From Styela clava (taxonomy: Eukaryota), in the NCBI RefSeq assembly GCF_964204865.1, contig NC_135253.1, positions 6,262,001-6,326,000 on the forward strand: a stretch of DNA of 64,000 bases, written 5' to 3'. Below, piece by piece: positions 1 through 11,359 of this stretch. A model generated the notes under the pieces. The model had not been told where the DNA came from. It did no database searches and saw only the letters and a program-made list of their open reading frames with translations. Each line of letters begins with the position of its first letter. The stretch's first letter is position 1. Both the position numbers and the translations under genes were made by a program.

Positions 1-1201
1 GTGCATTTTCTGTGACTCGAAATAGCTTATAAAGCTTTAGACTTGGATGAACTGTTGAGGATAAGCGATATTATCAGAAGTTCTACGTAATTTGTAGATT
101 CAATTTAGTTACAACTCATCTTCGTTCACAAATCTGCCTTGGTTTGTGGCGGGCAACCGTTTGTAATTAGTTGGTCATATCATTTGGAAATTCTCGAATT
201 GCTTATCATAACAAAAAATTTTCAACGATATGAAAAAAATTAACCAGGCATAGTCTCAAGCAATCAGCAAAACAATGATTTTATATTATCATTCTTGAAG
301 ATGGCAAATAAAAACGACTCTTTCGTCGAAAATTGTCAAGAAATTTTAGCTATTGATTTCGAATCTGATACCCAGCTTTCATTACTGTAACAAAAATGGG
401 CGATTATTACAGCTGCGTATAATAATAATTTTGAAAATAGCATGTGCATAAATTAATATGATCTAACGCTTTCAGAACATAATTTTAAAATTTTGGTCGA
501 CGATTATTTGGAATTTTTTTAAGAAAATTTAGCATTATATTATCATTTCAATATTTAGTTCACGCAAAAATTACCTCAGAAATTCTGCATAATTTTGTGA
601 TAATGGATTCATATTCATTGGAAGCATTGCCACCTTGTACATAAGACATACATTTCGCCTTTATCAAGAACTATCTTAGTGAAGGATTTGAATAACTATT
701 GATCAGGAAATAATATTCAATAAAAAAAACTTATTTTTAGGAATGTAAATTAACTTTACTTCCGGCTTATTGCAATTTTTAAATGAAAATTTGATATATA
801 TGTTGTGTATTAGCGTTATAAAATAATACTATGATTTTCAAACGCAGTCAAAGTTAATTTATATGTGTCACTGACCCAGTACAAGCGTGTATGACGAATG
901 GTTAATCACCATTGACGCTCGCGTCGAAAAGTTTTGAGTGCATAATAATGACAGCAAAAAAATAAAAGGGTATTTCTTAGCCAATCGCTCACTGTGAGAT
1001 TTTTCACTGTTACAAATATACAATATTAGAACGAAAAGATCAATACAGATAATAATTAAGTCAATTAATATGACGAAATTCAACGTTCAGTATATCTTCT
1101 TCAACTTGGTTCAATTTAAATTAACTTTCCTAATACTTGAATTGTCGCTTGAGTTATTGTAACCCTCTGTATAAACCTATGTGTATTTTTGTAATTTTCA
1201 G

Positions 1202-4200
1202 GTATTATTGACAGAGGTGATGGCGCAGGCTACGCCAACTTAGATGAAACCAATATTCCAAATCCTTTTTGGGAAGATCATACTTCCCCTATTCCACAAC
1301 AACTTGGGGATCCGAGATGTGGGTATATCGAATTTCCTGGCAATGGAGAATGGAAATCTGGCGCTTGTGGCGCAAGGAGAAAATACATATGTTCCTATGT
1401 GCCAAGTATGTAATGTACTTATTTCAAGTATAGGCATCCTAAAAAATAGAAGCAGGAAAATTCTCTTGATGAAAAGAAAGACAGCCTTGATAGTAAAACT
1501 TATGTTTTTGTTTCAGTGGATATTCAACAGCGAACCGCCGCCAAAAAGCAAATAAGATGTCACGTGTGCCATGGAGAATCTTCAAATCAACGATGTAATG
1601 CCCGAGGAACAGTTTTATGTCCACCAAATGCGGTAAGAAGTGACAAACGAAAGGATATTTTTAGAAAACATTTGATATAAAGTGGATATTTTTATATATG
1701 TTTTCTAAACTTTCAAGCGTTATTGTAAAACAGGGTTCTTGCCAAAACGAGGTACGAGTTGTCAATGGAAAGAAAACAATTACTAAACGATGTAAACAGA
1801 CGAGAGCGTGCATGAATAATTTTCTTCAAAATTCAAAAGCGATGTGGCTCGAGGCTCAATGTAAACCCGGAAAGGGAAAGGGAAGCAGTGTGTGTAGATG
1901 TTGCTGCGAAGGAAACGGATGCAACGCTGAAGAACTGCCTTGTCTAGCAAGTAAGCATTTTAGGGTCAAAAAAGTTACAAAAGGAATATATGGTTTAGTG
2001 CATGAAAGACTGATTAGATCAAACAGTTTTTTTTTTCTGTTGTCTTCCATTTCGTCCATAATGACCTTGACTTACTTTGTTCGCACCGGTTCTATAGAAC
2101 CGTCTCGCGGAATTTTATGAGTTAAGCGAACCGGTTGGCATTAATGGTTACTGTCAATGTTCTGCTTGTAACGCAACCGGCTGAAGAATATGACTTTTGT
2201 GAAGGAACCGGCTGACAAAAAATTTGAATCCCACCACTGGATATATTCGTGATTATGCAATGACCTATTGATAAACTATTTTTGCAGAGGGGTGTGATCC
2301 TATACGAGTTCCAAAAGATGGACGTATAAAATGTACAGATCAGTATATGGTTGGATCCCTGTGTACGTTTTCTTGTGATTTCGGATTTAGCATTCAAGGA
2401 AGTAAAGCAACTCGATGTACAGGAGAAACAGGATGGACATCACCCGTACCTGAATGCATACGTAAGTTTTGGTTGTCTTCGGGATTTTTTACTTTGCGTA
2501 TTTTAATTATTAATTGGGAAATTAAAGCAACAGCTGAGGCATCTAGTGACATTGGGTTTCTTTGACCCAACTTTTCACGTCGTCCGGTTGATGTACTAGA
2601 TTGCATATATATATATATATATATGTTGTCTACTGATTACCTCAAAGTTTTTGATCAAAGTTTGTTCAATTCTGCTCACCTTGTATGTCAGTGTTGATAT
2701 GGTGGATTTAGTGCACCGTATCATGTCATATCTGCTACCAACTAACTAAATCTGTATCTTCTATCTAAATATGTATCTGTATCTGCATATTCTAGTTTCT
2801 TTGTAGTAGCCTATAATCTTTCAATTTCGAAATCAGTTCTTGTTGCCTGACGTTTAACCAACTTACTTAAAACTATACATTTGATGAATGACAAGTTCAA
2901 TCAAATTTTTAATTTCTTGGAAACACTTGAGCACAATCAGTTAGATGCCAAACTGCAATTACTCTTTTTATTAAGGTACGCAGTGTGCACCAATCATGAC
3001 AGCACCCAAAAATGGGAGCGTTGCATGCACTAACATTAATTTTGGTGCATCGACGTGCAGATTTAAATGCGACTACGGATATTATCTCCGAGGACTTTCT
3101 CTAACAACTTGTCTTGGAACTTCTCGATGGAGCGTTGAACGTCCAACCTGCCATTGTGAGTAAACATTTGAAGAATAGAATGGTGAATTTTTTCAGCTGC
3201 TAAATGACAAAAATATTGATTGTATATATAAGAAAATAATCCATTCGTATTTTACCATTCGCTTTTGAAAATCATTTAGAATGTCCCTTGCTTTTAGTGA
3301 TAACGTGCGATAGACCCCTAAAACAGCCAGAGAATGGACGAATTGTCAATCGAAGCCCGGGAATATTTGGTGAAATAACAACATTTGAATGTGTCGAAAA
3401 ATATTTCATGGTTGGAAATCCAGGGATTCGATGCACGGATAGAAATTTAGATGGAATCGGCGAATGGACAAATAAAGAACCAACATGCAGACGTAAGTGC
3501 ATAGATTCTCAGATAATATATACCATTGCAATTTAAAAACTTGGCAACTTGTTTATGTCGAAAAACTATCGATTGAATTGATTGAGAAAAGAACGATCTA
3601 TGTTGTCATGCAATGATTTTGAAAACTAATTAGCTCTGGTTTTACTGTTGTCTTATGAAGATCAATATATTTTGTTTTTACGTAGTTCGGTTTTCAAAAC
3701 ACGCACCGTAATAAATGATGATGAATTGGCCCGTGACGTCATTTCATAAAAATAAATTTGATAGGTTTCATGTTTGACAATTAAGAAAAATGTGCAAACA
3801 GCATGCGATTAAAATAAACGTGGCGAGTTGAGGTTGTTTTCGATATACACTGTCAAAAGTTCTGAAAAAGTTCGGTACTCGGCACTAGGACCGATGTAAT
3901 TCAGTGATGTGAGTTGATTTGAAATTTTGATTGAGAGCATTTGAATGATCAGATAACAGGTTTCTGTGTAGGTCGCATAGGCTATTTTTGTACTGCGTTT
4001 AGTCATTTGACCTTCGCGTCCTTTACTTTGATCATTGCTCTCTTGCTTGTATTCAATCTTTTCCGGGCTTGGCTTTCTCACCAAATATTTCACAGAGAAA
4101 GCGCTAATCGAACTGTGTTGAAAAGTGGTTTACCTGTACCAACGTCGTGTCCCTGTAATGAAGCATTGCTCTCTCATTATTCATAATCTATACGCGTGGC

Positions 4201-7200
4201 GTAAAATAAAGAGATTTGGTTTAAATATTGGAAATTGGCAGTTCTTTGATATTTACAGCTAATAAAGTCTTTTATTTTATCTAGTTATACAATGCTCGGC
4301 TTTAAAAAAGCCGCTAAACGGGAGAGTAAATACAACGACTCAAAACAACGAAGTTGGAACGCTGGCAACATTTAATTGCAATGAGGGGTACTTTCTAGTG
4401 GGCAACCCTACTTTAATTTGTGAAGGTCCTACCAAGATTGGTTTTGGTAAATGGAGCGGAAAAGAGCCTAAATGTGCAGGTTTGTATAAATCATTTTGTC
4501 TTTGTACGTGTTTACTGAGTTTGAATGGGTATAGTTTATTGATCTTCATCGACTCACAGGAGAAAATGTAGACCCTAGGTCAAACGCTTGGATTTCATTG
4601 TACTTCAATTGTATATTTATTGGATTTACTTGTGTACTTCTGATCTGAGGAATGAATATGTTTAAGATTTCGCATTCACATGTTTTTATAGACATCTTTT
4701 TTTTCTCGTTTAAATATGCAATTTGAAAAAAAAAAATAATGTGGCGTTTCATAACAAAATATCCAGTACTTCAGTTTTCAGAAAAAAATCTTTTGTGTGA
4801 ACAATGTTCTTGATGTTATCTTGTTTTTCATCCAGTTATCAAATGCCCAAAAGTGACTGCACCTATCAACGGAGAAGAAATTCAGTCAACAACATCGACA
4901 CCACGGTATGGAACTGTGATCACCTTCACTTGTAAATTTGGATATTTTCGAAATGGGGCTGAAACGTCCATCTGCGTTGATCAAAATGGAGATGGGAAAG
5001 GAGAATGGACGAATAAAGTACCTACATGTAAACGTACGTGAACTAGAACGAACACCTAGATAAAGGTCGCGTCGACCGTTGATTGATTGAGTGACGCGTC
5101 ATCAGTCGCCGCGACCGTACCTAGGTGTCGCTATATAGGTAACCCCGTACACTTGCAAACATTTGTTGTCGCATTGGCATTTGTACAACAGATTAACCAA
5201 GTCAAATCATGTTTTGATTCATCGTTTTAATTTTAAAGCAATTGTACATTTGAAAAAAAGTTGTGCATTTATTTCAACACGATAGCTATTTTTCTTAGAG
5301 ATCGTTTGCCTGCCAAATTTGAAGCCACCAACCAACGGTCGATTTGTCCGGAACGGTGGTTCAGCTTTATCAACGACATCCGAGTTCGCCTGCGATCGGG
5401 GATATTTCCTCTTAGGAACTTCGAGAATTACTTGTCAGGATGAAAACAACGACGGCGCTGGAGAATGGAGCCAAAGTTTGCCAACATGCAGACGTGAGAT
5501 AATTTTTATTTATGCTGCAGAAAATCTGGCGCTTTATTTCTATTGTAATATATTATTTTTTCAGTTAAAATACGTTTTGTTGATTTAAAATTTTGAAGCC
5601 CAGATCTTGGGTATGACAAAGATATTTGATCACATACTTTAATATTACCTAATATCACATACGTTAACGTTACCTAACCAATAAATACATCCGAAACCAG
5701 TTTCAATGAAGTATGATTTTTTTAAATTATTTTTTTAATATGGCCATTTTCATCTCTATCGTTTTCAAAAAAAAATTATAACATCTGGAATTTTTTCTAG
5801 AAATTAAGTGTGAGCCGTTTTTCGGTGTTCCAAGTAATGGTGGAATGATTTGCTCAAAGGAGAATGATTTTGGAACAAATTGTCAGTTTTCGTGTGATAC
5901 CGGATTCTTTTTGTCTGGATCTACATCATCATCATGTGTTGATGACAACGGAGATGGTGTGGGCGAATGGAGAAATCCAGTACCCACTTGTGAACGTAAG
6001 TATTAGCATACCAACATTTTAATTACACTGTTGCCTATGCCTACTATGGTGTTCTAATCAAATGTTCTCTCTACTAAGTCTATACTTGAATATTCGCACC
6101 TCAAACTTTTCTATACAAATACCAGATGAAAAAAAGATGATCAAGTTGTTTATTGCTGATGATTTGATTTATGCAACAAGTCTCGCGCCCCTTTACCGTA
6201 TATCATGTTTAAAAGTACTACTAAACTTCTGTTCAATTTTAGCAATCGTATGCTCTTGGCCACTGAGTCCTTCGGCACATGGAAGTGTTTCGTGCTCGGA
6301 GGAAAATTTGCACGGATCGGAGTGTGAATTTAAATGTGAAGAGGGTTATTGGCTGAAAGACTCTGATCTTCTTGTATGCGAAGGAGACGGCAGCAGAAAA
6401 GATGGAAAATGGTCAAGAAATCCTCCAATCTGTTTTGGTAGGTATTACTATTAGCAATTATATTGCCTGGTTTAAAGAACAGTACAGATGGAATTTATAA
6501 ACAAACTCATATTTTGTTAAGAAATTAACTGTGACAGACCACTCATGCCACCGGAATTCGGATCAGTATCTTGTGACAACAGACAAAAGTTTGGATCAGC
6601 ATGCACATTCTCTTGTGAGACAGGTTACCATCTTGTTGGCGACTCTAAATCTGTTTGTCGTGACGTCGATAATAACGGGAAAGGTGAATGGAGTGGAGAC
6701 AACCCATCTTGTAAAGGTATTTTAACTATTTGAAGAGTTATTTAAAGTTAATTATTATATTCGTTAGCTTTCGTGTTGTACAGCATTCTAATTCAAAGGT
6801 GTTATCATTAAACAGAATCCAGTTGTCGCCCGTCATTTAATGAAATCAAGTTTGGAAAAGTTACCTGTAGTAATGAGAATGGATATGGAAGTTTATGCCA
6901 ATTCCAGTGCAATCCGGGATACAAGTTGAGCGGAGAGGAAACTGTTTCATGCGGCGAACCAAGAACTGAATTACGAGCTACATGGAGCAGCGTTAAACCA
7001 AAATGTGAAGGTGAGAAACGCTTCTTAAATGAAACGTTGAATTACTCAAAACTTAAGCCTCACCGTTTGTTTGTGAGTAAACAAACAACTGTTCAGGATG
7101 CTTGATTATATTATGGATATAACGTAGACATCATAAATCATAGCACTAAGCAACATGCAGTACAGCGAGAGAGAGAAAGAGCGCAACAGTGACATCAAGC

Positions 7201-9710
7201 AACATAAATAAAGTATTACTAATGACGTCATAAATATCATCTTACACCTACTACACATAGCATTAACAACAAATTTATATTACTATATTTCATAAAGTAC
7301 GTCGATGTTCCGAACCGAAAAATCCAGTCGGTGGAAAAGTGATCTGTAGCGATGACTCAGTGCTGGGAAGCGTATGTACGTTCTCATGTGATGCTGACAG
7401 ATATCTCAATGGAAAAGGTAGAAAGACATGCATAACTGAAGATTCCAACCCCGGGTCTGATGTAATTTGGAATGACCCAGATCCTATTTGTCAGAGTAAG
7501 TTGATTGTTTTCATAAAACAACATACTGACACTATAGTTAAACTCTATTTATATCTGCATTTGAGGCTCACCAATAACTTGATATATTTTTGAAAATATT
7601 TAATTTTGCACAAACGTTGAAAACGATTTTTGATCTACATTATAACGTAACATGTAATTAAGCAAAAATGGAGTTATATAAAATAGTATTTTCAAATTCT
7701 ATGTATTTCAAACTGTTGTTGTGACTTAGTGATCACCTGCAAAGAACTGGAGTCAACTTCCGACCTTCTCACTATTAAATGCACCAACTCCCAACTTTCC
7801 CTCGGTACCGTCTGTGCATTTGATTGCAAGGAAGGATATTCATTAGTCGGCAAAGGAGTAACTCAATGTGCAGAACCGACTTCCCGAGATGTAGGAACTT
7901 GGACAAATTCTCTGCCAACTTGTCAACGTAAGAGCATTTTTCGACAGCAAAATATTACAGAAATTAGAATTGTAATACTGAATACATTTGCTAATATATT
8001 TTGTTTTTTCAGGAATAAAATGCCAGCCAGAAAGTTTAAGTCCGTTGAACGGAACTGTGGAATGTACCGATGGAAACTTCTACGGTAGCGTATGTACTTA
8101 TCAATGTGGTTACGGTTATATTTTGATTGGAGAAAGTACTAGAAAATGTCTAGAAGATTCAGCCTGGGACAATTTAGAACCGGAATGCGCGAGTAAGTAG
8201 AAAATTTCTTAAGTTTTAAAATATATGGATTAATTAGTATTTAAGAAGCTATGTTTAATTTTGCTAAATAAATAAATATATATATCTATATTAAGATCGT
8301 GCGATGCTTATTTAATCACAAAATGAAGGCATTAGGTTTATATATATATATCACATTTAAATATATTATTAATGATAACATGCATTTATTTAGCATTGAC
8401 CTGTGACCCCCGCATTGAACCGCCTGAGAATGGAATATCAACTTGTTCCAATGAGAATTACATTGATAGCGTTTGTCAATCATTCTGCAACTTGGGTTAC
8501 AATATGGATGGAGAAATTAATAGTCGATGTGTTATAAAAGACGATGGAACCTTGAAATTTACAAATCCGTCTCCGACCTGCACACGTACGTCATTTTTCC
8601 CCACAGCAGATTTTTCATATTGCATGCCCTTGTGACTGTGGTTGCACCATATTAGTATTGAACAAAATGCCAGTAACTAATCATCTGACTACAATAGAAA
8701 GGCAATAATAGAAGAAAACATGCGTAATTACGCTTACAGATTGCGTTTCAACGTCAACTGACATTCTAAAATGTACCCAACTGAGGCAACTCATAGAATC
8801 GCGAGTCTCGCGCCAATCGGCTCGTAATGGACCATAACTACCATCACCAACGGCATATGTAGTTCCAACAAATCTTGGCCTTCCAGTCGTTGTCTATTCC
8901 TTTGCTTTAAGATAGATATACTTTATTTCTCAACGAGGGCGCGCGACCTTGAATTGTCTGACCTAAGTTTCATAACTTCTGACGGCGCCCTAAGAACAAG
9001 AACAGATACATAAAATAAAAATAAAAAAATAAATAAAAATAAAACGGCGCTCCAGAAGTGTGTGTACCAATATGGAGGTAACTAATTTTGTTCAGAATTG
9101 GAATAAAATTATGGCTTAACCCTAACCTGGTACACACACTACGGGAGTACCCTTCTAACTACCAGCATTGTCTGTCTGTTCATTCAATAATAGTGAAACC
9201 TTCGTTACAGCAATCTATTGTGATGACATTGCCGGCCCAATAGAAGGCGGAAATATACTATGTGGGATCGGACAAGGAAACGTTGAGGGTAACAGATACG
9301 ATACAACTTGTTTCTTATCATGCAGTAATGGGTGGAGAGCTATTGGGTCAACTCGAACAACTTGCCTTGGATTTGGAGAATGGGAAGGCGGTATTGGAAG
9401 ATGCGAAAGTAAGTCAGATCTAACTTTAACGTAACCACGCAGCGATGCTGAAACTTTCAACATCTCGATGATCTTAATTCACATACTTGTTAATTAATAT
9501 TTGTTTATTTATAATTCAGAAATAATCTGCCAACCTCCACTTGGAAAACCACCTAGGGGAGACGTTGCTTGTAACAGACGAGAAAACATACCAGGAACTG
9601 CTTGTACTTTCAAATGTAATCCGGGATTACAACTGGACAGGAATGGAGTAATAACCTGTCAAGATAATGGCCAATGGAGTAGTGAACCTCCTGCTTGCGT
9701 ATCTCCATGA
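1202..9710 (+). CDS. Secreted selectin-like mosaic protein: C-type lectin (C-terminal half) + Ly6/uPAR three-finger domain + 16 CCP/sushi domains; 5' end probably upstream of the window
   Basis: GT-AG exons join in frame. 1202-1405: GIIDRGDG...FW...PRCGYIEFPGNGEWKSGACGARRKYIC (CTLD end). 1517-1632 and 1734-1950: IRCHVC...CRCCCEGNGCN (LU domain). CCP exons, all phase 1: 2288-2461, 2976-3155, 3298-3492, 4285-4479, 4836-5033, 5299-5493, 5801-5995, 6243-6437, 6522-6716, 6816-7010, 7298-7495, 7730-7927, 8013-8192, 8394-8585, 9211-9408, 9520-9710 (stop TGA). AATAAA at about 9948. Confidence 0.9.
9046..9151. mobile_element. Short MITE with ~24-bp terminal inverted repeats (family E)
   Basis: GGCGCTCCAGAAGTGTGTGTACCA ... 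TGGTACACACACTACGGGAGTACC. Related sequence recurs at ~25139-25360, 33663-33772, ~38890-39037, ~49695-49875 and ~52206-52394. Confidence 0.7.
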
Positions 9711-10774
9711 ATAGCTTCATTTCTAATCTTTTTTATTTATAATCTGAATTGTATCTGTTCAACATCGTTGATAAGTTCGCCAAGCAAATCTTTTAGTGTC
9801 AACTCAAGAAGGCAGATGCTATTCACTGTGCTCAGTGTGTCTGCTTTACAAATATATTGTGTTTTTGTTCTTCATAAACCTTCGTAAATTTTAAAAATAC
9901 TTCAAAAATATTTCATAGATAAAAAATTGTTGCACATAAACCATCTCCAATAAAAATTATTTTACAGTGATGTTTCATGGTGTTGTTATACGATATTGTT
10001 CCATCCCTAAATTTGCTGTGAGTCAGAACCTACTGAGGTAACGTTATTGTCAACGAAGTTAGGAGTCGTCAGTATTTGGTAGTTTTTAGTAAAACTGTCT
10101 TTCATTGAATTTGATTGAATTTTCAATCGCTTAGTGAAGCACTATACAACAGGTGAGAACGATGCACTGACAAATTTACACTTTATGCGCCATTACCACA
10201 GTAACAATTTTCAAGATAAACTTTTTCCACTTGTTGAGTTTTTAAAAATTATCACTTCTGAGAAGTAAGAAGCACTTTTTTTTTATATTTCACCTCTCAC
10301 ATTCCTACGTCGGAAACCGAAAATTTGACTGATCTATCCGATTTCGGTATGAAATCACTATATAATAAGAACCATACACTGAATTTTGGTTACATCTACT
10401 AAATGTAAAAGCTTAACGGAATGTGGCCGTATGTGTCGTCCACACGGTGCGCTGAATTGTTCGCCAATATTTTTAGTCCAAACGCGACATCACGATGTTA
10501 GTCTATGACCAGACAATCAACTCCAATTTATCCTTGTTTCGTACATGCGAAATAAACAAGCCAAATTCACAAGCCTACAATACGCAACTATAAACATGAG
10601 AAAGTTGCATCGCGTCATTAAAAACTCGTCCTACACTTGGTCGACACAAAATGATTGTTGACAACTCAGATGGAGACAAAAATAGATTACGGATAACAAC
10701 AGAAGATATTTTTTAATGTTTCCAAGGTCAACTAGTCAACCAATGAATTAAATATATTTTATGAAGCTGCTAAC

Positions 10775-11053
10775 CAGTGGTTTTCAACATGGTACAAAAA
10801 TATCCTGTGACCCATTAACTTTCACACGCAAGGGAACAACTACGAAAAAAAAACAAGAAATTCTTTTTGCAGAGATAGGCACTTCCACTTTAAATAATTA
10901 GAATGAAAATTACCATTAAGTAGCGAAAAACAGCATAATCATTTAATTGTAAATAGACCAAATTTTATTATTAAATCCAACAGAATTGTAGCCCATCTGG
11001 AAATGTTTCCGTGACCCTGCAGTGGGCCATGGCCCACTGGTTGATAACCGGTG
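10775..11053. mobile_element. Degenerate hAT-type MITE
   Basis: CAGTGGTTTTCAAC at the left end and GTTGATAACCGGTG at the right; TSD degraded. Confidence 0.55.
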
Positions 11054-11359
11054 TACTAAGTTCTTGGATTGCGCTTGCTACCGCTTACCACACTTGCTAC
11101 CGCATATGAAAATATTAAAGTTTGTAATAATACTTTCATAAGGTTTACTTGCAAACAACAAAAATAACCAGAAAAACGTTATATTTTGCAAAGTAAAAAA
11201 CTTTGACTCAACACTGATAGTTTAACATACACTATTATGAAAGCAAACAAGAAAATATTTGTATCAACAACACGTATAAAACAAAATTTGAAAAACATTT
11301 GTATTATCAAAATTCGCATTTGATCGCAAGGTTATAAACTCTTTATTCTATTACAATTC

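Noticed and set aside
1069-1161. Hydrophobic mini-ORF MTKFNVQYIFFNL... as the signal-peptide exon of the CCP gene
   Set aside because: No convincing phase-1 donor, and the exon at 1202 starts mid-CTLD, so the real upstream exons probably lie outside the window.
9117-9127. Telomere-like TAACCCTAACC
   Set aside because: Fewer than two full units, and internal to a family E MITE.
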